DNA of 48,338 nt, taken from the NCBI GenBank assembly GCA_040218735.1, contig JAVJQW010000005.1, forward strand, positions 1-48,338. Direction: 5' to 3'. The number at the start of each line of letters is the position of its first letter. Position 1 is the stretch's first letter. This stretch comes from Deltaproteobacteria bacterium (lineage in GTDB: Bacteria; Myxococcota; Kuafuiibacteriia; Kuafuiibacteriales; Kuafuiibacteriaceae). A model generated the notes under the pieces. That model did not search any database. It was given only the letters and a program-made list of their open reading frames with translations, and was not told where the DNA came from. Positions 39,969-48,338 of the stretch are shown piece by piece. The translations under genes were made by a program, and so were the position numbers.

Positions 39969-40056
39969 TCGACGCCCCTCCCGGCGCGCCCCATCGGGCC
40001 CGCCGGGATTTTTGTTTCTGGCGTCGGCCTCCGCCCGTCGTAGGATTCACTCGAAC

Positions 40057-42348
40057 GTGCACTCCAAGCGCGATCTGCAGTTCGTCCGCCTCGCGGGCAA
40101 GTGGCGCTGGCTGACCGGCGAAGAGGGCGAGGACGTGATGTTCCTCCTCGACAAGTTCGAGGGGAAGCTCGCGATCGAGGAGATCGTCCGCCGCCGGAAC
40201 TACCTCGACGAGGATCAGATCCAGCAGCTCGCGGAGGCCACGGATCGCGTCGTCGGCAAGAAGCCGCGCGCGCCCACCGTGGCGCGCCCCGCGATCCCGC
40301 GGAACACCGGCCCGAGCGGTGACGTGACGATCATGGGCGGGCTCACCACGATCGGTCGTCCGCCGGTCGCACCCGACGGTCGTCCCGATCCCACGTTCTT
40401 CGGGCAGAGCCCGTTTGCGACGATCCTCGACGGCGGCATCCCGCAGGGCGTCCCGGTCCGCGGCGCCAAGCCGGCGCCCACGCAGTGGGACGACACACCC
40501 GCGGACAACGCCAACCCGGAGCGCACGATCATCGCGCCGATGCCGGACGCGGTGCGCGAGGCGCGCCGCAAGCTCGAGCAACAGCAGAAGTCCACGCGCA
40601 TCAAGCAGCCGATGGAGGAGGAGGCGCCGACCGCGACGGATCTGTCTCGGGACGAGCTGCTCGCCGCGGCGCACGCGGCCGGCGTCGTCATCCCGAGCGA
40701 GATGGATCAGGAGCCGGCGGAGCGCACGATCTTCGAGCCGCGCCGTTACGCGTACGAGCTGCCCTCGTCCGATGACGAGCCGGTCCCGCTCCCCGCGGAC
40801 GCGTTGGTGCCGGTCGAGGAGCCGCTCGTGGTCGGCGTCGAGCCGGGGACGGATCCGCTCCGCGAGATCTCGGACGCCGGGGCACTCGGACGACCGACCT
40901 CCGAGATCGAAGCCGCCACCGTCGACGGCACCGACTTCGCGAACCTCGCGCACGATCCCGAAGCCGCCGAGCGCCTCCTCGGCGAGTTCGGCGGGTACAC
41001 GCTGGAGCGCGTCGTCGCGCGCGGTGGCCGCTCCCTCGTCTACGCCGGCGTCCAGACGGAGACCGGCTACCCCGTCGCGGTGAAGATGCTGCTCGCGGAG
41101 CACGACGAAGCGAGCCGGTTCGTCATGGAGCGTGGCGACGATCTCCTCGCGGCCGCGCGCGTGTCCTCACCGCACGTCGTTCGTGTCGTCGACGTCGGCC
41201 GGGTCGAAGGTCGCTACTACGTCGCGCTCGACTACGTCGAAGGTTGGACGCTCGAAGAGAAGATCGCCGCGGGGGAGCGCCCGCCGGTGCTCGAGGCGCT
41301 CACGATCGCGCGCGACGTCGCGCGCGGCCTCGCGGACGCGGAGGTCGTCGGGCTCATCCACCGCGACATCCGCCCGGGCAACGTCATCCTCGGCGCCGAC
41401 GGCGCGTTGATCACCGGCTTCGGATTCCACCGCGACACGATGGGGCTCGCGGGGACGACCGGGTACATCGCGCCCGAACGTTTCGCCGGATCGCCGTCTT
41501 CGACCGCGACGGATCTCTACGCGCTCGGCGTCATGCTGTTCCGGCTCCTCACCGGCGAGCTCCCGTTCAGCGGAGAAGACGCGCAGGCGATCGCGTCGGC
41601 CGCCGCGGTCTACGACGCGTCGGACGTGCGGACCTACCACCCGGACATCCCGCCGGAGGTCGCGCAGGTGGTGGCCGCACTGTTGTCGCGCGAACCCGCG
41701 GCGCGCGGCGGTACGGCGACGGCCGTGGCGGGGCACCTCGATCGGCTGACGTTCGACGTCGAAGCCGCGGGCCTGTTCGCCGCGGAAGCGGAGCGCGGAC
41801 CACCGCCCCTCAAACCGATCGCGCTGCAGACCGGTGCGTTCTCCGCCGCGCTGCTCGTGCTCGCCGTCCTGCTCCCGCTCGGCGCGACGGCGCTCGAGCT
41901 CGTCGACCCGAGCACGGCGCTCGACGCTGCGCTGTTCGGCGCGCTGTTCTCGATCGCCGCGACGACGTTGCTCACGACCATCGCGCTGATCCGACGCGGT
42001 CAGATCCCGCTGACGATGTCGAGCACCTGGCTCGTCCGCGCACAGGAGGCGCTCGGTGCGCTCGGCACCGGGCTGCTCGTCGCGGGGTTCGTCGTCTCGT
42101 CGCCCGCGTTCCTCAACGTGTTCGTCTCGTTCCTCGCGGTGATCGTGTTGGTGTCGTGGGTGTTCGGCTTCGTGTTGCGTCGCGCCGTCGCGTCCGCGCG
42201 TGAGGACGGTGGGGTGGGGCGCATGCTCGCGGTGCTCGGCGATCCGACGATGACGCGCTGGCGCGTCGTGCACGCACCGCTCCTCGCGGCGCTCACCTGT
42301 CTGGCGACGACGCGTTACCTGCTGATCGCGTACTTCGCGGCGGGTTGA
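40057..42348 (+). CDS. Ser/Thr kinase-like membrane protein, probable pseudokinase, with a C-terminal multi-TM domain
   Basis: Probable GTG start at 40057; ARGGRSLVY, VAVK, HRDIRPGN, ITGFG in place of DFG, APE, DLYALG; about 5 C-terminal TM helices. Confidence 0.85.
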   Translation: MHSKRDLQFVRLAGKWRWLTGEEGEDVMFLLDKFEGKLAIEEIVRRRNYLDEDQIQQLAEATDRVVGKKPRAPTVARPAIPRNTGPSGDVTIMGGLTTIGRPPVAPDGRPDPTFFGQSPFATILDGGIPQGVPVRGAKPAPTQWDDTPADNANPERTIIAPMPDAVREARRKLEQQQKSTRIKQPMEEEAPTATDLSRDELLAAAHAAGVVIPSEMDQEPAERTIFEPRRYAYELPSSDDEPVPLPADALVPVEEPLVVGVEPGTDPLREISDAGALGRPTSEIEAATVDGTDFANLAHDPEAAERLLGEFGGYTLERVVARGGRSLVYAGVQTETGYPVAVKMLLAEHDEASRFVMERGDDLLAAARVSSPHVVRVVDVGRVEGRYYVALDYVEGWTLEEKIAAGERPPVLEALTIARDVARGLADAEVVGLIHRDIRPGNVILGADGALITGFGFHRDTMGLAGTTGYIAPERFAGSPSSTATDLYALGVMLFRLLTGELPFSGEDAQAIASAAAVYDASDVRTYHPDIPPEVAQVVAALLSREPAARGGTATAVAGHLDRLTFDVEAAGLFAAEAERGPPPLKPIALQTGAFSAALLVLAVLLPLGATALELVDPSTALDAALFGALFSIAATTLLTTIALIRRGQIPLTMSSTWLVRAQEALGALGTGLLVAGFVVSSPAFLNVFVSFLAVIVLVSWVFGFVLRRAVASAREDGGVGRMLAVLGDPTMTRWRVVHAPLLAALTCLATTRYLLIAYFAAG

Positions 42349-42349
42349 T

Positions 42350-43000
42350 TCACTTCGACACCGCGGCCCACGCGCTGGTGCCGTGGCAGTTGTCGCACGC
42401 GCCCGCGACCGTCGCGTGGGTCTGCGTAGTCGGCGTCGCGTGGCAGAGATCGCAGGGCTGCTCTTTGACGCGGTCGTGAACGATCTGCGCGCCCCGCCAC
42501 TTGTCGAGGCCGTGGCACAGGTCGCAGCTCACGGCGTCGGTGCGTGCGTGCGCGTCGCGCGTGGCGCGGTGACAGCGCGAGCAGTCGCTGCGCGCGTCGG
42601 TGGGGATCACGGTATGGGAGAACTTCTTCGCGTCGTCCGTCCACGGCTTGTGCTCGACGTGGCACAGGCCGCACTCGTACGCGCGCAGCGCGACGTGGAA
42701 GCGGATCGGCATCGCGGGGCCGTCGCGCGGCGGCGTGCCCGTCGCGAGATCGCCGTGACAGCCGGGACCGAGGCACCGGCTCCCCGGCGTACCGACGAAC
42801 GGGACGTGGCAATCGAGGCAGTCCGCGAGGCGCAGCGAGCCGACCCGCGCGTCGTGGCGACCGGGGCGCCCGATCAGCACGGCCTCGGGCGTGCTGTAGG
42901 CCCACCACAGCATCCCCGCGGACAGACCGAGCGCCAGCACGGCCGTCCCCAGCGTGAAGAGCAGCGGTCGCTCCCTCTTCTTGGTTCGGTCCTGGCTCAT
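42350..43000 (-). CDS. membrane-anchored multiheme cytochrome c (7 heme-binding motifs)
   Basis: ATG at 43000; N-terminal TM; CLDCH, CLGPGCH, CGLCH, CSRCH, CDLCH, CDLCH, CDNCH plus extra His residues. Confidence 0.88.
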   Translation of the reverse strand: MSQDRTKKRERPLLFTLGTAVLALGLSAGMLWWAYSTPEAVLIGRPGRHDARVGSLRLADCLDCHVPFVGTPGSRCLGPGCHGDLATGTPPRDGPAMPIRFHVALRAYECGLCHVEHKPWTDDAKKFSHTVIPTDARSDCSRCHRATRDAHARTDAVSCDLCHGLDKWRGAQIVHDRVKEQPCDLCHATPTTQTHATVAGACDNCHGTSAWAAVSK

Positions 43001-43175
43001 CGAATCGCGCGCCGAGGGCAGTTCAACCTCGAAATCAGCTCCCAAGGAAGGGGGCACCCCGTTCGGCGGACTTTGGGGGGTACCCAGTGGAGACCCGTCT
43101 CGCCATCCAGCGGGCTGCTTGCTAGGATCGCCCGGCGTGAACGATGAGGCACGGTCCTTGCTGCCAATGTCGGTG

Positions 43176-43964
43176 ATGCTCCGCCTCGGTAGGGCCATGA
43201 TCGTAGGCTTGGCCGCGTTGGGCGCCGGATGTGGCCAGATCACGTTCGGTGGGCCGATCGACGTCGGTGAACGGGACGCGGGCCCGGACCGCGACGGTGG
43301 TGAGGCCCCTCGCGATGCGGGGGTTCGAGACACCGGCCCGATGGGGGACGCCGGATGTATGCCGCACCCGCTGCCCGGATTCCCGGATTCGTGGCCGTGG
43401 AAGACGGATCCCGAGACCCTCGACAAGCTCTTCATCGAGAGCTTCACCGCGGCCGCGTGTTTCAGCTGCCACGCCAACGGTGCGAGCGGCGCCGAGGTCG
43501 TGTTCGCGCAGCAGGGCGCGTCGCCGGGGGACTACGACCTGTCCGCGACCAACCTGTGGAACGTGCTGACGACCTCGCAGGAGGCTTCGTTCGACACCGC
43601 GACCCCGGTCGGGCGCCTGTGGTTCCACCACCCGAACTACGTCCCGATGCCGGGCGAGGACAACGACCCGATCTACGATCCGATGGACCCGGAGGAGTCG
43701 ACGCTGGTCACGCGCATGAACAACCTCCTGCGGAGCGCGGTCGCCTGCAACAACACGCTGTACGCCCAGATGCCGGCCGACGCCGGCTCCAACTGCGGTA
43801 CGCCCACTTCGCGGGACGGCGGGCCGATGTCCGAGACGGACGCGGGTGAGATCGACGGCGGCGTCCGCGACGGCGGTAGCTCGGGGAGCGGCTCCGGCGG
43901 CCTGTGTTACTGCGAGCTGATGCTCAACTACACCCCCGACCTCCTCCTGTACTGCGCCGAATGA
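43176..43964 (+). CDS. lipoprotein with one c-type heme motif and DAG linkers (start may be 43167)
   Basis: Lipobox LGAG-C; CFSCH; RDAG/RDGG linkers; Cys-containing C-terminus; stop overlaps the next ATG. Confidence 0.72.
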   Translation: MLRLGRAMIVGLAALGAGCGQITFGGPIDVGERDAGPDRDGGEAPRDAGVRDTGPMGDAGCMPHPLPGFPDSWPWKTDPETLDKLFIESFTAAACFSCHANGASGAEVVFAQQGASPGDYDLSATNLWNVLTTSQEASFDTATPVGRLWFHHPNYVPMPGEDNDPIYDPMDPEESTLVTRMNNLLRSAVACNNTLYAQMPADAGSNCGTPTSRDGGPMSETDAGEIDGGVRDGGSSGSGSGGLCYCELMLNYTPDLLLYCAE

Positions 43965-45331
43965 ACGAACCCATGCGGAGCCTCTCGATCGCCATCGTTT
44001 GTGCTGCGACGCTCGTCGCCTCCGAGGCCGACGCCAAGGGCAAGCGCTGCAAGACGAAGGGCAAGGCGCCCGAGGTCTTCGTCGAGGGCAAGACGCCCGT
44101 GCGCCGCGGGCCGGGCCTCAACTACGCGGTCGCGAGCTTCCTGGAGCGCGGGCGGTGCGCGCCGTACTCTGAAGTGTCGCTCGACAAGGCGTGGGTCCTC
44201 GTCGACGTGAAGGGCAAGCTCGGCTGGGTGCCGACGTCGCGCCTCGCCGCGAAGAGCCGCGAGCGGATCTCGGGCATCAAGGTCGAGTCCGCGCCGGTCG
44301 GCTCCGCGCAGTCGCGCGCGTACGCCGACGTCACGCAACAGACGGTGCTCCTCGAACGCCCCGATCCGCGCTCGCCCGCGCGGCGCGTGCTGCCGCAGGG
44401 GCTCAAGGTGCTCCCGCTCGCGAAGACGGAGGACGGGCTCTGGGTCCACATCCGCGACGAGCGCGGCGACCTCGGCTGGATCCCGACCAAGGACCTGAGC
44501 GCCGGCGGGCTCGCCGAGCTGCCGAACGCCGACATGGAAGCGGTCGCCGCGGCGACCACGACGAGCACGTCCGGCGGGTCTTCGTTCATGACCTCGACGA
44601 GCGGACCGGTGCGCAGCGCGCCGACCGAGCTCGCGATCGAGGGTTCCGTGTTCGGCGCCGCGTTGCTCCCGGTGCACAGCCTCGACAGCAACGGCGCGGG
44701 GCCGACGCGTCGCTACGACGTCAGCGCGTTGGCGCCTGGCACCGGCATCGACCTCACGGTCTCCAAGCTCGGGCCGCTCGCCATCCGTGTCACGTACATC
44801 GCGGCGCTGTTGACCGGGGTGTCGCCGGAAGAGAACCCGAACATCGGGGTCGGTGGGTTCCAGCAGGACGCGAGCCTCTCGATCGGCTTCCCGATCGACG
44901 TCGGCGCGGCGCGCGTGACGCCCGCGGTGGGTTATGCGCTCGGCATCTTCGACTTCGACGCGCTGCTGCCCGGGCAGTCGGGCATCACGTTCGTTTCGAC
45001 GCAGACCCACGCGGGCACCGCGGGGGCGCGTGCGCAGTACTTCGCGACGAAGGACGTGCGGCTCGAGGGCGACGCCAACCTGATGGTCGGCGTGACGTCC
45101 GAAGGGCCGGCGAAGCTCGGGCAGGCGGGCCTCACGTTCGGCGGCATCGCGAGCGCCGGGGTCTCCTACTACGTCGGCGAGGCGCTCGCGCTGACCGCGC
45201 GTTACGCGCTGAACTACCGGACCACCTCGTATTCGGGTGCGGCCGGCCTCGACGAGACGATCACCGACGCGACCCTCGTGGACTTCACGCACGGTGCGCT
45301 CATCGGGATGACCTTCGCCTTCGTGCCCTGA
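43961..45331 (+). CDS. exported protein with two SH3b-like domains and a C-terminal outer-membrane beta-barrel-like region
   Basis: Signal peptide; VRRGPG.NY...WV.V...LGWVP and second LERPD...WVHI...GWIP; alternating-residue beta strands ending GMTFAFVP. Confidence 0.78.
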   Translation: MNEPMRSLSIAIVCAATLVASEADAKGKRCKTKGKAPEVFVEGKTPVRRGPGLNYAVASFLERGRCAPYSEVSLDKAWVLVDVKGKLGWVPTSRLAAKSRERISGIKVESAPVGSAQSRAYADVTQQTVLLERPDPRSPARRVLPQGLKVLPLAKTEDGLWVHIRDERGDLGWIPTKDLSAGGLAELPNADMEAVAAATTTSTSGGSSFMTSTSGPVRSAPTELAIEGSVFGAALLPVHSLDSNGAGPTRRYDVSALAPGTGIDLTVSKLGPLAIRVTYIAALLTGVSPEENPNIGVGGFQQDASLSIGFPIDVGAARVTPAVGYALGIFDFDALLPGQSGITFVSTQTHAGTAGARAQYFATKDVRLEGDANLMVGVTSEGPAKLGQAGLTFGGIASAGVSYYVGEALALTARYALNYRTTSYSGAAGLDETITDATLVDFTHGALIGMTFAFVP

Positions 45332-45450
45332 CGCGCCCGCGCAACCTTTTCCGGTTCGTATTCGAACGTATGCCGGCCGTGGGCTGGCTCGTTTCGCTCC
45401 GCCGACTCCAGGTGGGGTCGCCCCCGTCCGAGTGCGTTCTCGGAGGCCGA

Positions 45451-47538
45451 ATGGTCATGAATCGAGCCCGCCCCGTCGTCCTGGTGGTCGACGACGACAA
45501 AATCATGCGGGCGCTCGCCCACGACGCGCTCGAGGCCGACTTCGAGATCGTCGAGGCGTGCGACGGCGAAGAAGCGCTCACGGCCTTCGACGACTTCTGG
45601 CCCGACCTCGTCCTGCTCGACGTGGTGATGCCCAAGAAGGACGGCTTCGAGGCGTGCCGCGAGATTCGGCGCCGCGACGGCGGTGACGTCGTCCCGATCC
45701 TCATGACCACCGGCCTCGACAACTTCGAGGCGATCGACCGCGCCTACGAAGCGGGCGCGACGGACTTCATCACCAAACCGATCAACTACGGCGTGCTCGC
45801 GCGTCGCCTGAACTACATGCTCCGCGGTCGACGTGTCCTCGACGAGCTTCGGCGCCACGAGCAGTGGTTGCTCAACGGGCAGCGCGTCGCGCGCCTCGGA
45901 TATTTCGAATGGACCGAGGGCGAGCGCTCGCTCGATCTCACGACGTCGTCCGCGCAGCTGATCGGCTGGCCCGAGGACGACCTCCACATCGATCTCAAGG
46001 CCTTCCTCCGGCTCGTCGTCGCGGAGGATCGGTCTCAGCTCGCCGATCTCCTCTGGGAGACGTCACACGCACGAACCACGATTCAGACCGAGGTGCGCGT
46101 CGAGGTCGACGGAGCGACGCGCTACATGTCGATTCGCGCGGAGCCCTCGTACGATCCGAACCGGCGCGCCTGGCGACACCTGGGCGCGATGCAGGACGTC
46201 ACCGACTGGCGCCGCACCGAAGAACGCATCCGTCACCTCTCGAGCTTCGACACCGTCACCGGGCTGCCCAACCGCCGCTCCTTCGCGAAGCTCGTCGGCG
46301 GGACGCTCCGTCACGCACCCAGCGCTCCGCACGCGCTGCTCTGCGCGCGGGTCACCAACCTCGCAGACGTCGGTCAGTCCCACGGCCCCGTCGCGATCGA
46401 CGACGTGATGCAGCGGCTCGCGCGTCGACTCGGCGAGGAGGTCGAGGCCGTCACACACATCGGGCGCCTCGGCGCGGATCTGTTCGGAGCGTTCTGTACG
46501 GGCGTCGAGGACGACGACTCCGCGTCGCAGGTCGCGCGCGCGCTCGTCGAGCGCCTCGAACGTCGAACGCAGGTCGAAGGCGGCGAAGTGTGGCCCTCGA
46601 TTCATGTCGGCATCGCGCGCTCGCCGCAGGATGGGGTGGAGGTCGACATGCTCGTCCAGCACGCGATCACCGCCGCGGGCGAGGCACCGCGCAGCGGCGA
46701 GACCTCACACATCTTCTTCGAGCCGGCGCTCGACGGGAAGGTCCGCGAACGGGTCGCCGTCGAGAGCGCGCTACGCAACGCGATCGGCTCGAGTCAGTTC
46801 CACCTCGTCTTCCAGCCGAAGGTCGACGTGCAGACCGGACGCGCGAGCGGGGCGGAGGCGCTCCTTCGGTGGATCGCGCCCGACCTCGGGTTCGTCGGGC
46901 CGGACAAGTTCATCCCGATCGCCGAAGCGTCCGGGTTGATCGTCCCGCTGAGTGAGTGGGTGTTCGAGTCGGCGTGCACGCAGGCGCGCTCCCTCGGACG
47001 GTTGTTGAAGGAAGACGTCTCCGTCGCCGTGAACGCGTCGGCGAAACACTTCGTGCACCCGCGGTTCATCGCGTCGGTGGAGCGCGCGCTCGACGTCTCG
47101 GGCCTCGCGCCGGAGCTGATGCAGATCGAGCTCACCGAGAGCGCGCTGATGAGTGACGTAGCGTTCTGCGCCAAGCGCCTCGCCCAGCTCCGCGACCTCG
47201 GCGTGACGCTCGCGCTCGACGACTTCGGCACCGGCTACTCGTCGCTCGCGTACCTGCACCAGTTCCCGCTCGACACCTTGAAGATCGACCGGTCGTTTGT
47301 GTCGCGCATCTTCTCGTCGAAGGACGGCGGGCCGATCGTCCAGACGATCGTCAACCTCGCGCGGACGCTCGATCTGCAGGTGGTCGCGGAGGGGGTCGAG
47401 GAGAAGAACGAAGTCGAGTTCTTGGAGCGCCTCGGCTGCGACCAGATCCAAGGCTACTACTACAGCAAGCCGCTGCCCCCCGCGGAGCTCGCGGCGTGGA
47501 TGGATTCGCAGCGACGGCGCGTCGCCCTGACGGCCTAA
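45451..47538 (+). CDS. response regulator + PAS + degenerate GGDEF + EAL (c-di-GMP phosphodiesterase)
   Basis: GGAGG RBS; VVDDD, LLDVVMP, FITKP; D..TGLPNR; RLGADLF in place of GGDEF; EALLRW, ELTES, DDFGTGYSSL, KIDRSF, AEGVE, QGYYYSKP. Confidence 0.93.
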   Translation: MVMNRARPVVLVVDDDKIMRALAHDALEADFEIVEACDGEEALTAFDDFWPDLVLLDVVMPKKDGFEACREIRRRDGGDVVPILMTTGLDNFEAIDRAYEAGATDFITKPINYGVLARRLNYMLRGRRVLDELRRHEQWLLNGQRVARLGYFEWTEGERSLDLTTSSAQLIGWPEDDLHIDLKAFLRLVVAEDRSQLADLLWETSHARTTIQTEVRVEVDGATRYMSIRAEPSYDPNRRAWRHLGAMQDVTDWRRTEERIRHLSSFDTVTGLPNRRSFAKLVGGTLRHAPSAPHALLCARVTNLADVGQSHGPVAIDDVMQRLARRLGEEVEAVTHIGRLGADLFGAFCTGVEDDDSASQVARALVERLERRTQVEGGEVWPSIHVGIARSPQDGVEVDMLVQHAITAAGEAPRSGETSHIFFEPALDGKVRERVAVESALRNAIGSSQFHLVFQPKVDVQTGRASGAEALLRWIAPDLGFVGPDKFIPIAEASGLIVPLSEWVFESACTQARSLGRLLKEDVSVAVNASAKHFVHPRFIASVERALDVSGLAPELMQIELTESALMSDVAFCAKRLAQLRDLGVTLALDDFGTGYSSLAYLHQFPLDTLKIDRSFVSRIFSSKDGGPIVQTIVNLARTLDLQVVAEGVEEKNEVEFLERLGCDQIQGYYYSKPLPPAELAAWMDSQRRRVALTA

Positions 47539-48123
47539 GCCCAATGCCGTTCACTTAGCGGAGCTGGCCCGCCTGGAAATGGCGTAGGCGGGGAATGACG
47601 CGCCCGACGCACCTTGGAACAATCGCTCGACGCTGGTGCCCGGCCGGCCCGCGCGGCCCGCGCTCCACGTAGGCAGGAGGTCGGCGGTCGGCTCCGCTCG
47701 ATGGTCGGCGGCACTTGCGATGCTCCCCATGCAGCGCTTGCGGCGCGGTCATCCCCTGGTGGATCTTCGAGGCCTCGCGCGCGAGTAGCCCACGCCGCCT
47801 TCGACGCGTTCACGAGACCACTGGATTGCGCCGGCGGCGGTCGAGGGCTGCGGTTGCCGTGAGGTTCGCCGGCTGGTCAAGGGGGATGGCCGGTCGCGCA
47901 AGTTGAGTTGCAGGTGCGGTTTCTTTTTCTCTCTTGGGGATTGACGGAATTGGAGGCCCTGTCCGGGCCATCTCCTCGACGAACGCAGTCCGTTTCGAAG
48001 TTTTCGAGCTTGGACGCATCGCCGGACGCTGACGGTCCATGGCGTGCGTCCTCGCACGTCTCAGACCGTCATCCTCGAGCCGTGCCGAATCGCGTTTCGA
48101 GGGCTCGATGATACCTTCGACAT

Positions 48124-48338
48124 ATGAGCCCGAACGCTTGCAACTTATCTTGCATGACCCAGAGCGATCTCCTGAGCGGACTTCGCGAAGCGCTTCGCGC
48201 GGAGCTGAAGAGCGGTGTGCAGGCGCTCCGGTTCATGGCGGAGATCGAGCGGCGCAAGCTCTACGTGGAGCGCGGCTTCAGCTCGCTGTTTCGGTTCTGC
48301 GTCGAGGGGCTCGGGCTGACCGAGGACCAGGCGTGCCG
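48124..48338 (+). CDS. N-terminus of a DUF222-like/HNH endonuclease family protein, truncated by the window end
   Basis: My translation: MSPNACNLSCMTQSDLLSGLREALRAELKSGVQALRFMAEIERRKLYVERGFSSLFRFCVEGLGLTEDQAC; matches the AEV..R.LY...G.SSLF..C...LG..E..A pattern of Myxococcota/Bdellovibrionota HNH proteins. Confidence 0.7.
   Translation, partial: MSPNACNLSCMTQSDLLSGLREALRAELKSGVQALRFMAEIERRKLYVERGFSSLFRFCVEGLGLTEDQAC

Noticed and set aside
39896-40050. tRNA-Cys as an integration site for an island
   Set aside because: No integrase and no duplicated tRNA 3' end seen in the window
45332-45450. c-di-GMP riboswitch upstream of the EAL gene
   Set aside because: Lacks the GEMM consensus elements
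47539-48338. IscB/TnpB (OMEGA) system
   Set aside because: No PLMP-type N-terminus or RuvC motif visible; the N-terminus matches a different family

Overview
High-GC (roughly 70% by eye) bacterial DNA whose gene content points to Myxococcota (TIGR02266-type PilZ protein, MYXO-CTERM protein, FHA-GAF sigma-54 activator, several Ser/Thr kinases). It holds about 38 protein genes and one tRNA-Cys. Housekeeping anchors are pfkA, a long-chain acyl-CoA ligase, pheS-pheT-merR-ihfA and an isolated nuoN. The most striking element is a tightly coupled 8-gene minus-strand operon (15869 to 6999). It links a fused glucosylglycerol-phosphate synthase/phosphatase (ggpS) to a PfkB kinase, a GH4 6-phospho-glycosidase, a PIG-L deacetylase, a NagB-II-like SIS protein, a Na+/solute symporter and an EctR/CosR-like MarR repressor, with an AT-rich pseudo-palindromic operator upstream. 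This looks like an osmo-regulated system joining compatible-solute synthesis to PTS-independent amino-sugar glycoside metabolism. Other points of interest: a sigma-28-like promoter driving two unknown membrane-active-looking proteins, a catalytically degenerate arginase-fold protein, a probable pseudokinase, a heptaheme cytochrome cluster, a symmetric bidirectional promoter, a truncated DUF222/HNH-like gene with a long leader at the right end, and a probable chimeric junction near position 575. All family calls come from motif recognition by eye; no database searches were run.
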